In this document: one piece after another, positions 1 to 13,615 of the stretch
Position numbering within the stretch: the first letter of the stretch is position 1
How the letters are laid out: the number at the start of each line of letters is the position of its first letter
From: Chrysomallon squamiferum
Lineage: Eukaryota > Animalia > Mollusca
Length of the DNA: 64,000 nucleotides
Direction of reading: 5' to 3'
NCBI GenBank assembly: GCA_012295275.1
Contig: CM022671.1
Coordinates: forward strand, 27,032,001 to 27,096,000
Notes under the pieces: model-generated
Told to the model about the DNA's origin: nothing
The model's input: the letters and a program-made list of their open reading frames with translations, nothing else
Database searches by the model: none
Program-made: the position numbers and the translations under genes

Positions 1-239
1 GAAGAATTTTTTTTATAAATAAATAAGTAAAAAACAAAAAATAATAAATAAATAAATAAATAAATAAGGATATATATAAATATATAAATTTACAAATAAA
101 TAAATATATAATAACAATAGCATCATCATCAGTAACAACAACAACACTACTAATAATAGAATGCATATAATATAATTCATTTTTACTTACTCCTCAATAT
201 ATATATATATATGTATGTATGTATATGTATGTGTGTGTG

Positions 240-244
<5 letters not shown>

Positions 245-310
<66 letters not shown>
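245..310. repeat. (TA)n microsatellite
   Basis: Perfect TA dinucleotide run; explains the spurious IYIY ORF. Confidence 0.95.
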
Positions 311-318
<8 letters not shown>

Positions 319-2289
319 CTATATGTATGTATAGTTTTACATTTTTCTACCTTCGTAACATTAACACCTGACAAACTTGAACTAAAATAAAATCTGTGTT
401 CTTACGTGTTCCGTTCACAAGCAAGACGAAAGATTCACAGAAAATGATCACTAAAGAAATTATCAACATTGTCGTGTTCAGTGACCTACACGTTTTCCTT
501 TAACGTAGTTTTGTCTACAGTCAAAATTTAACCGGCTTTTTCTGCTCGTTTTATATTTTTATTTTCTTTATCAAATAAGATGTTTGAAAACTCGTTATAA
601 AATTGTGGATGCATTTTCTTCACTACTAGCTCCTTTTAAACACATGACACTCAAAGCAATCTATTACTGAGACGTGACCTAAAAAAACAAAAGGAAGAAA
701 AGATATATTGTTACCTTCATAATTATTCATTTTATATTGCGTCATTTCATGATTTTATTTATTTATTTATTTATGTGTGTTTGTGTATACATATATCGAA
801 ACTTTTTTTTTTTCGCTCTCTTAAAGCTGCAGTTACAAGTTTTTATTTTATTATTATTATTTTTTTTTTTTTTGTAAAATATAATATTATTATTAACTTT
901 GGTACTTGTTTCGAAATTATTGGTGTATTTTTTTTTTAATTTCATTATTTCATTATTTATTTTTTTATTTTGTACTCTCAACACATTCTTAATCAATGGT
1001 TATATCATTCTTTAGTCGTTGATAAACTAAACAGAGTTTAACTGTTATCATGAACAAAGGTAGAAAAGCAGATTAACACTGAAATGAGATTACATTTGTT
1101 TACAGATGAAGCATAAATCTTTGTTGTGTTCTGAACTGCATTCACATTTAATAATGACCGCAGAGGTATAATAAATGTTAAATTAAATTAAACTAGGGAA
1201 AACTGTCACAGCATGAGAAAAACAACTACGGGGGAAAAAAAAAAGACAAAAAAAAAGACAATGACGACAACAACAACCAAAAAAATACTGATGATAATGA
1301 TGATAATAATAAGAAAAAAAAATAAGAAAAAAAAAATGATAATAATAATAATAACAATAATAATAATAATAATAATAACAAAAACAACAACAACAAAAGG
1401 GTGAAAAAGGTCACAACTTTAAAATAAATACGCAGACAAATAACCCACAAATGTAAAACATTTTGTTAGTGAGGTTTAGTCTCAGTCGGTTCACGGTTCA
1501 GTGATGTTTCGTCTACTGCCTCATAATTATACCCTACAAATACAAACACATGTACACTGTGACTTTGTGTCCTGTTACTTTTTAAAATCTGTACTAAACT
1601 GAGAGTTACTCTGTGACCTTCTTCTCCACTCAACAGATAACTAATACTACACTATGTAGGTTCAAATAATGGATTTTGTAACATTAAACAACGACAGCAA
1701 TATATATATAAAGAACAAAATAATAAATAAATAAATAAAATAAAAACATAATAATAACAGTAACACTCAGCAAAAATATAGCTTAATACTACATAGATCT
1801 TAATCAAATTCTCATTAAAACAGTACCAGTGTATTTACGCAACGGATTTTGAACTGACAGTTGTGTACTCGTTGTACTGTTTGAATCCAAAATTTAAATT
1901 TCAATCACCAGAGACAATGTCGATCAACTTTACAGGAATAAACTGAAATAGTGAGGAGGCCGTCTTGAAATTAAATATCGAAATTCAAAAATAAATGTTT
2001 TGTTGCCTCCTAGACCAACACAAAGACAGTGTTGATGTTTTCCTATATCAACGAAGAAGAACAACATCAGTGTGCAGTAAGTATGTTCTGAGTATATGGT
2101 AAAAGATATGTCGCCTCTAGCCATATAATTATGTAAAACAACAACTGATTAAAACCTAATTAAATATGTGTATCTCGTTTGCTGGTTTATTTACTTCTAT
2201 TTTAATACAGATTGTTTCTGAATTTTCAAAATGTATTTTCATCACTATCGTCGTTATCATCATCATTATCACCAACATTATTATTATTA

Positions 2290-2367
2290 CTAGTGGTAGA
2301 AGTAGGGATAATAGTTTCAGTGGTGGTGGTAGTAGTGGTAGTAATAGTGGTAGTTGTAGTAGTAGTA

Positions 2368-2409
<42 letters not shown>

Positions 2410-2410
2410 A

Positions 2411-2453
<43 letters not shown>

Positions 2454-2475
2454 TGTAGTAGTAGCAGCAGCAGCA
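2290..2475. repeat. (AGT)n/(GGT)n imperfect trinucleotide microsatellite
   Basis: Long agt run with ggt/agc variants; explains poly-S/V/T/L/Y ORFs in several frames. Confidence 0.9.
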
Positions 2476-2859
2476 ATAGTTATAGTGGTGGTAAAATATT
2501 TCTTCGTGTACGTATGTAAAATAAATGGAAAGTGTTGTGTCACAGGAAAACCCACAGTCATCCGCTAATGAGATATGTAAGTACGTTGTTCTAAAACGAA
2601 GATAAACTGCAAGCTTAACGTGTTTTGTTTGTGTTACTTCTAACAAAGGTTAAAGGTTATTCTTGTCTATTCCTCTGTAGAATTATGTCAGCAGCTGCGA
2701 GACATTTAACATGTAAAATATCACTGATATCATTTGATAAACACAATCTTGTTACATTCTAGTTATCTAGTAAAACTTAACATTGCGTCTTACCGTATTT
2801 ACTCTGATATACGCCTCATTTAGTAAATATCTGAGATTGCATTACCGTATTTTGTTTAA

Positions 2860-3000
2860 TTTTATTTAATTATATTTTATTTTATTTCTAAATATAATAA
2901 GGGTTATTTTATTTAATTTAATTTTATTTTATTTCTAAATATAATAAGGGTTATTTTATTTAATTACATTTTATTTTATTTCTAAATATAATAAGGGTTA
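2860..3000. repeat. 47-bp minisatellite, 3 copies
   Basis: ctaaatataataaggg recurs at 2888, 2935 and 2982. Confidence 0.85.
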
Positions 3001-3316
3001 TAGTATAGTGTGAGATATTACTGGTTACAAATCTTTATTTGATGTCCTAACTGATAATGTCTAGTCTGTTTTGAACATTTTCGTGCTTTCTCTTGCGGCG
3101 TTTGTGCTGTTGATGGAGAATACGATGATAATCACGGTGATGATGATGATGATGAAAACAACCGTTATAATAATAATTAATAGCAACACCATCACCGCCA
3201 CCAAATAACAACACGGACACCAACAGTAACAATAAGAACAACAACAATAAAAATAAAATGACTTATATTATGATGGTGACAATGAAGATGTCACAGCAGC
3301 TATCAGTTGCATTGTT

Positions 3317-3436
<120 letters not shown>

Positions 3437-3835
3437 TTCTTTTTTTTTTTTGATATATCAAATATCAATGTAAAGATAGATAGATTATGCATTTATTTAT
3501 TTATTGATTTTAAAGAAAGAGAAAAAAGAAAGATATAAAAGGAGCTTGTGGGGGGTTTTTTTTGTTTGTTTTTTCGTATGTGCTGCTGCTACTACTATTA
3601 TTACTACTGGTAATAAATAAATTAAGATAGTAATTTAATTAATTAATTAACAAGAGGAACAAACAAAACAGACAAAGAAACAAGGTAAAAAGACATTTAA
3701 TATAGGATAAAATTAGAAATCACTAAAAACTTACGTTTCAATTACTAAAAAATTATAATTAAATATAAATGATGGTTTATTTATAACTGTTAATTATTAA
3801 TAATTATTAATAATCGTGAACAAAAAACGTAAACG

Positions 3836-3908
3836 AGGTTTCGGCGAGGCTCGAACTCGCGACCTTCTGCGTGTTAAGCAGACGTGATAACCACTACACC
3901 ACGAAACC
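3836..3908 (-). tRNA. tRNA-Val(AAC)
   Basis: 73-nt cloverleaf GGTTTCGTGG...TCTGC-TT-AAC-AC-GCAGA...GTTCGAGC...CGAAACCT; A and B boxes intact; T-run downstream. Confidence 0.95.
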
Positions 3909-4192
3909 GTTGAACAAAATCGTGCGATACAAAGCTAGAATCACCAGCATTAACTTTTAGTATACTTGCACGTACAATGTTACAGACATTTATAGGCACA
4001 GTCTTTAATATGCACCAGAGCACCACAGCACGTAGACGACAATATATGAAGGAAAAGTACTCAGGTTTTACAGATTTGAACTAATATTTTTAGAATGAAC
4101 AAAAAATTACTGTCCAGTGACTTTAATTAAACTACTGATGTTTTATTTATTGACTGAACTACGTGATACTATTTACATATAATATATGCGTA

Positions 4193-4265
4193 GGTTTCGT
4201 GGTGTAGTGGTTATCACGTCTGCTTTACACGCAGAAGGTCGCGAGTTCGAGCCTCGCCGGAACCT
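4193..4265 (+). tRNA. tRNA-Val(TAC)
   Basis: Same body with anticodon loop TT-TAC-AC; long oligo-T terminator follows. Confidence 0.95.
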
Positions 4266-4672
4266 TTACTCTTTTTTTTTTTTTTTTTTTTTTTTATTTC
4301 ATTATTTATAAAGAATACTATTTTTTATTATTTTGTCTAATTATTTCAGATATTCGAAAAGATTGCTGTGAAAAAGTAAATATAGCGAAAAAAGCACAGT
4401 CCATAGATATTTTGTGTCTTTTAAGATGCTTCCAAGTATCATAAATAAAGTAAAAAAAAAAAAAAAAGATTTAAGAAATTTTTGAAAGGTTATTTCAAAA
4501 CAGTGTCTCTTTGTCATCTGAATCCAATTTGATATAGTTTTTGCTTTGTTTCCCCTCTCTCTCTCTCTCTCTGAAAATAAAAATTAATTATTAATTGATG
4601 ATATTATACAAGCCAGAATAATCGAAGGAGTAGTACTGAAAAAACTGAAAATGATGGAAAGACTTTTTTAAT

Positions 4673-5406
4673 CTGGTTTCGTTTCTGCACTTGCCTGCAT
4701 ACACAGAATATGAAGTCATTGAAGAAAAACTGAAAGCTATGAACATTGAAATTTCAACACCAATTTACAGGAGATTTTATAAATGATCAAGATATGTAAG
4801 AATAAAATTTCCACTCGAAATAAAGAGGTTACCATACACTATGAAGTTTAGAACCTTTGAAGAAATTGAATATTTACGTGTTTTACACGACAATCAACTC
4901 AAAGTATGTTACAATTGTATGGCTGACACTCATTTACTGAAAGACTGCACAAATATAAGATGTCATCACTGTAAAGGACATTTTACAAGAAATTGCCCTA
5001 AAATTTTTCTTTGTGAAACATTGTGGGAAAAAAGAAGGTGAATCTGAATGTTCGTAAGAGTAAGACAGCGATGACATGAAAAACAGCGACAGTGACAGTG
5101 ATGTTATGAAGTATACTACGGATAATGCAAAACCAAAGAAGAAAAAAGAAAGTGAAGCCAAAAAAAAGAAAAAGATAAATACAATAGAAATGAAAAATTA
5201 TAAGGAAAAATCGCAGATTAGGTAGAAAAAAAAAACAGAAGAAAAAAACTATGAAAAATACTAACAAAGACGCAGAAACCATCGAAGCAGAAAATAGTCA
5301 GCAGAGAAAAACAATGCGTCGAGCGAGATTGATCAGGCGTCCGTCAGAAGAAAAACTGTGGAGTTCGGTAGACAATAGAAAATAAAAAAGAGACAAGCAG
5401 CGCGCA
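4673..5406 (+). mobile_element. Decayed ORF1 of a Tx1/L1-clade non-LTR retrotransposon
   Basis: Translates LVSFLHLPAYTEYEVIEEKLKAMNIEISTPIYRRFYK*SRYVRIKFPLEIKRLPYTMKFRTFEEIEYLRVLHDNQLKVCYNCMADTHLLKDCTNIRCHHCKGHFTRNC. This has a CX2CX4HX4C knuckle plus a second, internally deleted one, then a frameshifted D/E/K-rich tail. Stops and deletions show decay. No ORF2 seen. Family assignment is from motif recognition, not a search. Confidence 0.75.
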
Positions 5407-5712
5407 TGAAACTCTTTGAGAAACAAGAGAGGTATGTTTATTAATTTCAGATCTCCGTTTTTGGGGGGTTTTATTTTTTTTACTTTTTGTGTATTTGATT
5501 TTCTTTTGCGGGGGATCATTTGGGGGCAGTTTAGTGATTTATACATTTTTACTGCTCTCATTCCCATAGCTGCTATTTTAATCAGTTAATTATTGAATAA
5601 TGTTGGGTCACATATTAAATGGAAAAGTAATTTCTCTAGATAAAAACAAAATTCTATAAATTTCCATAACACACATGCAGGAAAAAAGAAAAAAATCAGT
5701 GAAAAGTTTGCC

Positions 5713-5785
5713 AGGTTCCGGCGAGGTTCGAACTCGCGACCTTCTGCGTGTGAAGCAGACGTGATAACCACTACACCACGAAAAC
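5713..5785 (-). tRNA. tRNA-Val(CAC), unit 1 (G2>T acceptor mismatch)
   Basis: Anticodon loop TT-CAC-AC; 5' end reads GTTTTCG; T-loop TTCGAAC. Confidence 0.8.
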
Positions 5786-6028
5786 GTCGTAATCTTATTA
5801 CTTCGTGGAAAGCATTAAGACGTGCCAGTGATAATATAAGACTATACGAATGCGCCCAATAAATGACACGATAAGTTACGTTAAAACTGTTTTTTGTTAC
5901 ATTTGCAAGTTGCATCACTATCGATTATTTATAGTGAAAGCAGAGATTATAAAATATTTTATCAGGAAATCATCATTTCTTTTGCTCATAATTATGACAC
6001 AGTTTACTGCGGAATTATAATACATGCA

Positions 6029-6101
6029 GGTTTCGTGGTGTAGTGGTTATCACGTCTGCTTAACACGCAGAAGGTCGCGAGTTCGATCCTCGCCGAAACC
6101 T
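6029..6101 (+). tRNA. tRNA-Val(AAC), unit 1
   Basis: Complete cloverleaf, T-loop variant TTCGATC, oligo-T terminator. Confidence 0.92.
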
Positions 6102-6599
6102 TGTTTTTTTTTTTTCTTTTTTAAATTATTCTGTTCCCATTACAATGAAACATTTAGTAATAAAATAATTATATCTAAGTGAAGATAGAAACATCAAACC
6201 AAGATTTACAATTCTGAATTTTTTTCTTATTCAGCGATAAAATCTGACAGTTAGTTAATTAAACTAGATAAAAAGACGAAAAGGAAAGTATTTCCTTAAA
6301 AAAGTATTCATTCAAAACATTTTATATCATTCCATTATCTTCAAGTCTGGTATGAATTACGATTTTTCTTCTAAGGAAAAGTCTTCTTATAGAAGTGAGT
6401 TTTCTTTATTATTTTAAACTTATCCTTGTCTGTAGTTATGAACTCTACTCAAACAAGTTTCGTTTAGACAGGTGTTATCTGCTTTAAATAATTCTTACAA
6501 ACAATTTCGAGAAAATGTCTTTCTTTAACTTGAAACTCTTTGAGAAACAAGAGAGGTATTTTTATTAATTTCAGATCTCCGTTTTAGTTGGGGTTTTTT

Positions 6600-6630
<31 letters not shown>

Positions 6631-6846
6631 GTGGGGTTTTGGGGGCGTCTTTTTGGGGGCAGTGTTAGTGATTTATACATTTTTACTGCTCTCATTCCCA
6701 TAGCTGCTGTTTTAATCAGTTAATTATTGAATAATGTTGGGTCACATATTAAATGGAAAAGTAATTTCTCTAGACGAAAACAAAATTCTCTAAATTTCCA
6801 TAACAAATGGGAGGAAAAAAAAAAAAAAATCAGTGAAATGTTTGCC

Positions 6847-6919
6847 AGGTTCCGGCGAGGCTCGAACTCGCGACCTTCTGCGTGTGAAGCAGACGTGATA
6901 ACCACTACACCACGAAACC
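6847..6919 (-). tRNA. tRNA-Val(CAC), unit 2
   Basis: Complete consensus copy. Confidence 0.95.
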
Positions 6920-7163
6920 TGCGTAATCTTATTACTTCGTGGAAAACATTAAGACGTGCCAGTGATAATATAAGACTATACGAATGCGCCCAATAAAATG
7001 ACACGATAAGTTACGTCAAAACTGTTTCTTGTTACATTTGCAAGTTGCATCACTATCGATTATCTATAGTGAAAGCAGAGATTATAAAATATTTTATCAA
7101 GAAATCATCATTTCTTTTGCTCATAATTATGACACAGTTTACTGCGGAATTATAATACATGCA

Positions 7164-7236
7164 GGTTTCGTGGTGTAGTGGTTATCACGTCTGCTTAACA
7201 CGCAGAAGGTCGCGAGTTCGAGCCTCGCCGAAACCT
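7164..7236 (+). tRNA. tRNA-Val(AAC), unit 2
   Basis: Complete consensus copy. Confidence 0.95.
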
Positions 7237-7987
7237 TGTTTTTCTTTTCTTTCTTTTTTAAATTATTCTGTTCCCATTACAATGAAACATTTAGTAATAA
7301 AAGAATTATATCTAAGTGAAGATAGAAACATCAAACCAAGATTTACAATTCTGAATTTTTTTCTTATTCAGCGATAAAATCTGACAGTTAGTTAATTAAA
7401 CTAGATAAAAAGACGAAAAGGAAAGTATTTCCTTAAAAATGTATTCATTCAAAACATTTTACATCATTCCATTATCTTCAACTCTGGTATGAATTACGAT
7501 TTTTGTTCTGAGGAAAAGTCTTCTGATAGAAGTGAGTATTGTTAATTATTTTAAGTTTATCCTTGTCTGTAGTTATGAACTCTACTCAAACAAGTTTCGT
7601 TTAGACAGGTGTTATCTGCTTTAAATAATTCTTACAAACAATTTCGAGAAAATGTCTTTCTTTAACTTGAAACTCTTTGAGAAACAAGAGAGGTATTTTT
7701 ATTAATTTCAGATCTCCGTTTTAGTTTTTTGTTGTTGGTTTTTCTTGATTTTTTTATTTTTTATTTTATTTTTTTTTTTGGGGGGGGTGTCTTTTGGGGG
7801 CAGTGTAGTGATTTATACATTTTTACTGCTCTCATTCCCATAGCTGCTGTTTTAATCAGTTAATTATTAAATAATGTTGGGTCACATATTAAATGGAAAA
7901 GTAATTTCTCTAGACGAAAACAAAATTCTATAAATTTCCATAACAAAATGGGAGGAAAAAAGAAAAAAAAACAGTGAAAAGTTTGCC

Positions 7988-8060
7988 AGGTTCCGGCGAG
8001 GCTCGAACTCGCGACCTTCTGCGTGTGAAGCAGACGTGATAACCACTACACCACGAAACC
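7988..8060 (-). tRNA. tRNA-Val(CAC), unit 3
   Basis: Complete consensus copy. Confidence 0.95.
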
Positions 8061-8304
8061 GTCGTAATCTTATTACTTCGTGGAAAACATTAAGACGTGC
8101 CAGTGATAATATAAGACTATACGAATGCGCCCAATAAAATGACACGATAAGTTACGTTAAAACTGTTTCTTGTTACATTTGCAAGTTGCATCACTATCGA
8201 TTATTTATAGTGAAAGCAGAGATTATAAAATATTTTATCAGGAAATCATCATTTCTTTTGCTCATAATTATGACACAGTTTACTGCGGAATTATAATACA
8301 TGCA

Positions 8305-8377
8305 GGTTTCGTGGTGTAGTGGTTATCACGTCTGCTTAACACGCAGAAGGTCGCGAGTTCGAGCCTCGCCGAAACCT
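8305..8377 (+). tRNA. tRNA-Val(AAC), unit 3
   Basis: Complete consensus copy. Confidence 0.95.
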
Positions 8378-9127
8378 TGTTTTTCTTTTCTTTCTTTTTT
8401 AAATTATTCTGTTCCCATTACAATGAAACATTTAGTAATAAAAGAATTATATCTAAGTGAAGATAGAAACATCAAACCAAGATTTACAATTCTGAATTTT
8501 TTTTCTTATTCAGCGATAAAATCTGACAGTTAGTTAATTAAACTAGATAAAAAGACGAAAAGGAAAGTATTTCCTTAAAAAAGTATTCATTCAAAACATT
8601 TTATATCATTCCATTATCTTCAAGTCTGGTATGAATTACGATTTTTCTTCGAAGGAAAAGTCTTCTTATAGAAGTGAGTTTTCTTTATTATTTTAAACTT
8701 ATCCTTGTCTGTAGTTATGAACTCTACTCAAACAAGTTTCGTTTAGACAGGTGTTATCTGCTTTAAATAATTCTTACAAACAATTTCGAGAAAATGTCTT
8801 TCTTTAACTTGAAACTCTTTGAGAAACAAGAGAGGTATTTTTATTAATTTCAGATCTCCGGTTTATTTTTTTTTTTTTTTTTTTTTGATTTTTTGATTTT
8901 GATTTTTTTGTGGGTTTTTTTGGGGGGTGTCTTTTGGGGGCAGTGTAGTGATTCATACATTTTTACTGCTCTCATTCCCATAGCTGCTGTTTTAATCAGT
9001 TAATTATTGAATAATGTTGGGTCACATATTAAATGGAAAAGTAATTTCTCTAGACGAAAACAAAATTCTCTAAATTTCCATAACAAATGGGAGGAAAAAA
9101 GAAAAAAAAATCAGTGAAAAGTTTGCC

Positions 9128-9200
9128 AGGTTCCGGCGAGGCTCAAACTCGCGACCTTCTGCGTGTGAAGCAGACGTGATAACCACTACACCACGAAACC
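9128..9200 (-). tRNA. tRNA-Val(CAC), unit 4, B-box mutant (C56>T), likely inactive
   Basis: T-loop reads GTTTGAGC instead of GTTCGAGC. Confidence 0.75.
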
Positions 9201-9440
9201 TGCGTAATCTTATTACTTCGTGGAAAACATTAAGACGTGCCAGTGATAATATAAGACTATACGAATGCGCCCAATAAAATGACACGATAAGTTACGTCAA
9301 AACTGTTTCTTGTTACATTTGCAAGTTGCATCACTATCGATTATTTATAGTGAAAGCAGAGATTATAAAATATTTTATCAGGAAATCATCATTTCTTTTG
9401 CTCATAATTATGACACAGTTTACTGCGGAATTATAATACA

Positions 9441-9460
9441 TTCGAGCCTCGCCGAAACCT
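9441..9460 (+). pseudogene. tRNA-Val(AAC) remnant, unit 4 (57-bp deletion)
   Basis: aataca joins directly to ttcgagcctcgccgaaacct (tRNA nt 54-73); the unit is correspondingly shorter. Confidence 0.9.
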
Positions 9461-10209
9461 TGTTTTTCTTTTCTTTCTTTTTTAAATTATTCTGTTCCCA
9501 TTACAATGAAACATTTAGTAATAAAAGAATTATATCTAAGTGAAGATAGAAACATCAAACCAAGATTTACAATTCTGAATTTTTTTTCTTATTCAGCGAT
9601 AAAATCTGACAGTTAGTTAATTAAACTAGATAAAAAGACGAAAAGGAAAGTATTTCCTTAAAAAAGTATTCATTCAAAACATTTTATATCATTCCATTAT
9701 CTTCAAGTCTGGTATGAATTACGATTTTTCTTCGAAGGAAAAGTCTTCTTATAGAAGTGAGTTTTCTTTATTATTTTAAACTTATCCTTGTCTGTAGTTA
9801 TGAACTCTACTCAAACAAGTTTCGTTTAGACAGGTGTTATCTGCTTTAAATAATTCTTACAAACAATTTCGAGAAAATGTCTTTCTTTAACTTGAAACTC
9901 TTTGAGAAACAAGAGAGGTATTTTTATTAATTTCAGATCTCCGGTTTTTTTTTTTTTTTTAGTTTTTTTTTGATTTTTTGATTTTGATTTTTTTGTGGGT
10001 TTTTGGGGGGGTGTCTTTTGGGGGCAGTGTAGTGATTCATACATTTTTACTGCTCTCATTCCCATAGCTGCTGTTTTAATCAGTTAATTATTGAATAATG
10101 TTGGTTCACATATTAAATGAAAAAGTAATTTCTCTAGACGAAAACAAAATTCTATAAATTTCCATAACAAATGGGAGTAAAAAAGAAAAAAATCAGTGAA
10201 AAGTTTGCC

Positions 10210-10282
10210 AGGTTCCGGCGAGGCTCGAACTCGCGACCTTCTGCGTGTGAAGCAGACGTGATAACCACTACACCACGAAACC
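10210..10282 (-). tRNA. tRNA-Val(CAC), unit 5
   Basis: Complete consensus copy. Confidence 0.95.
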
Positions 10283-10526
10283 GTCGTAATCTTATTACTT
10301 CGTGGAAAACATTAAGACGTGCCAGTGATAATATAAGACTGTACGAATGCGCCCAATAAAAGGACACGATAAGTTACGTTAAAACTGTTTCTTGTTGCAT
10401 TTGCAAGCTGCATCACTATCGATTATTTATAGTGAAAGCAGAGATTATAAAATATTTTATCAGGAAATCATCATTTCTTTTGCTCATAATTATGACACAG
10501 TTTACTGCGGAATTATAATACATGCA

Positions 10527-10599
10527 GGTTTCGTGGTGTAGTGGTTATCACGTCTGCTTAACACGCAGAAGGTCGCGAGTTCGAGCCTCGCCGAAACCT
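10527..10599 (+). tRNA. tRNA-Val(AAC), unit 5
   Basis: Complete consensus copy. Confidence 0.95.
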
Positions 10600-11343
10600 T
10601 GTTTTTCTTTTCTTTCTTTTTTAAATTATTCTGTTCCCATTACAATGAAACATTTAGTAATAAAAGAATGATATCTAAGTGAAGACAGAAACATCAAACC
10701 AAGATTTACAATTCTGAATTTTTTTCTTATTCGGCAATAAAATGTGACAGTTAGTTAATTAAACTAGATAAAAAGACGAAAAGGAAAGTATTTCCTTAAA
10801 AAGTATTCATTCAAAACATTTTATATCATTCCATTATCTTCAAGTCTGGTATGAATTACGATTTTTCTTCTAAGGAAAAGTCTTCTTGTAGAAGTGAGTT
10901 TTCTTTATTATTTTAAACTTATCCTTGTCTGTAGTTATGAACTCTACTCAAACAAGTTTCGTTTAGACAGGTAAAAGCAGTTAACCTGCTTTAAATAATT
11001 CTTACAAACAATTTCGAGAAAATGTCTTTCTTTAACTTGAAACTCTTTGAGAAACAAGAGAGGTATGTTTATTAATTTCAGATCTCCGTTTTTGTTTTTG
11101 GTTTTATTGATTTTTTATTTTGATTTTTTTTGTTTTTGTAATGGGGTCTTTTTGGGGGCAGTGTAGTGATTTATGGATTTTTACTGCTCTCATTCCCATA
11201 GCTGCTGTTTTAATCAGTTAATTATTGAATAATGTTGGGTCACATATTAAATGGAAAAGTAATTTTTCTAGACGAAAACAAAATTCTATAAATTTCCATA
11301 ACAAATGGGAGGAAAAAAGAAAAAAATCAGTGAAAAGTTTGCC

Positions 11344-11416
11344 AGGTTCCGGCGAGGCTCGAACTCGCGACCTTCTGCGTGTGAAGCAGACGTGATAACC
11401 ACTACACCACGAAACC
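11344..11416 (-). tRNA. tRNA-Val(CAC), unit 6
   Basis: Complete consensus copy. Confidence 0.95.
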
Positions 11417-11660
11417 GTCGTAATCTTATTACTTCCTGGAAAACATTAAGACGTGCCAGTGATAATATAAGACTATACGAATTCGCCCAATAAAATGACA
11501 CGATAAGTTACGTTAAAACTGTTTCTTGTTGCATTTGCAAGTTGCATCACTATCGATTATTTATTGTGAAAGCAGAGATTATAAAATATTTTATCAGGAA
11601 ATCATCATTTCTTTTGCTCATAATTATGACACAGTTTACTGCGGAATTATAATACATGCA

Positions 11661-11733
11661 GGTTTCGTGGTGTAGTGGTTATCACGTCTGCTTAACACGC
11701 AGAAGGTCGCGAGTTCGAGCCTCGCCGAAACCT
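11661..11733 (+). tRNA. tRNA-Val(AAC), unit 6
   Basis: Complete consensus copy. Confidence 0.95.
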
Positions 11734-12481
11734 TGTTTTTCTTTTCTTTCCTTTTTTAAATTATTCTGTTCCCATTACAATGAAACATTTAGTAATAAAA
11801 GAATGATATCTAAGTGAAGACAGAAACATCAAACCAAGATTTACAATTCTGAATTGTTTTCGTATTCAGCAATAAAATCTGACAGTTAGTTAATTAAACT
11901 AGATAAAAAGACGAAAAGGAAAGTATTTCCTTAAAAAAGTATTCATTCAAAACATTTTATATCATTCCATTATCTTCAAGTCTGGTATGAATTACGATTT
12001 TTCTTCTAAGGAAAAGTCTTCTTATAGAAGTGAGTTTTCTTTATTATTTTAAACTTATCCTTGTCTGTAGTTATGAACTCTACTCAAACAAGTTTCGTTT
12101 AGACAGGTAAAAGCAGTTAACCTGCTTTTAAATAATTCTTACAAACAATTTCGGGAAAATGTCTTTCTTTAACTTGAAACTCTTTGAGAAACAAGAGAGG
12201 TATGTTTATTAATTTCAGATCTCCGTTTTTGTTTTTGGTTTTTATTGATTTTTTTATTTTGATTTTTTTGTTTTTTGTACGGGGGTCTTTTGGGGGCAGT
12301 GTAGTGATTTATGGATTTTTACTGCTCTCATTCCCATAGCTGCTGTTTTAATCAGTTAATTATTGAATAATGTTGGGTCACATATTAAATGGAAAAGTAA
12401 TTTCTCTAGACGAAAACAAAATTCTATAAATTTCCATAACAAATGGGAGGAAAAAAGAAAAAAATCAGTGAAAAGTTTGCC

Positions 12482-12554
12482 AGGTTCCGGCGAGGCTCGA
12501 ACTCGCGACCTTCTGCGTGTGAAGCAGACGTGATAACCACTACACCACGAAACC
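12482..12554 (-). tRNA. tRNA-Val(CAC), unit 7
   Basis: Complete consensus copy. Confidence 0.95.
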
Positions 12555-12798
12555 GTCGTAATCTTATTACTTCGTGGAAAACATTAAGACGTGCCAGTGA
12601 TAATATAAGACTATACGAATGCGCCCAACAAAAGGACACGATAAGTTACGTTAAAACTGTTTCTTGTTGCATTTGCAAGTTGCATCACTATCGATTATTT
12701 ATAGTGAAAGCAGAGATTATAAAATATTTTATCAGGAAATCATCATTTCTTTTGCTCATAATTATGACACAGTTTACTGCGGAATTATAATACATGCA

Positions 12799-12871
12799 GG
12801 TTTCGTGGTGTAGTGGTTATCACGTCTGCTTAACACGCAGAAGGTCGCGAGTTCGAGCCTCGCCGAAACCT
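12799..12871 (+). tRNA. tRNA-Val(AAC), unit 7
   Basis: Complete consensus copy. Confidence 0.95.
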
Positions 12872-13615
12872 TGTTTTTCTTTTCTTTCTTTTTTAAATTA
12901 TTCTGTTCCCATTACAATGAAACATTTAGTAATAAAAGAATGATATCTAAGTGAAGACAGAAACATCAAACCAAGATTTACAATTCTGAATTGTTTTCGT
13001 ATTCAGCAATAAAATCTGACAGTTAGTTAATTAAACTAGATAAAAAGACGAAAAGGAAAGTATTTCCTTAAAAAAGTATTCATTCAAAACATTTTATATC
13101 ATTCCATTATCTTCAAGTCTGGTATGAATTACGATTTTTCTTCTAAGGAAAAGTCTTCTTATAGAAGTGAGTTTTCTTTATTATTTTAAACTTATCCTTG
13201 TCTGTAGTTATGAACTCTACTCAAACAAGTTTCGTTTAGACAGGTAAAAGCAGTTAACCTGCTTTAAATAATTCTTACAAACAATTTCGGGAAAATGTCT
13301 TTCTTTAACTTGAAACTCTTTGAGAAACAAGAGAGGTATGTTTATTAATTTCAGATCTCCGTTTTTGTTTTTGGTTTTTATTGATTTTTTTATTTTGATT
13401 TTTTTGTTTTTTGTACGGGGGTCTTTTGGGGGCAGTGTAGTGATTTATGGATTTTTACTGCTCTCATTCCCATAGCTGCTGTTTTAATCAGTTAATTATT
13501 GAATAATGTTGGGTCACATATTAAATGGAAAAGTAATTTTTCTAGACGAAAACAAAATTCTATAAATTTCCATAACAAATGGGAGGAAAAAGAAAAAATC
13601 AGTGAAAAGTTTGCC

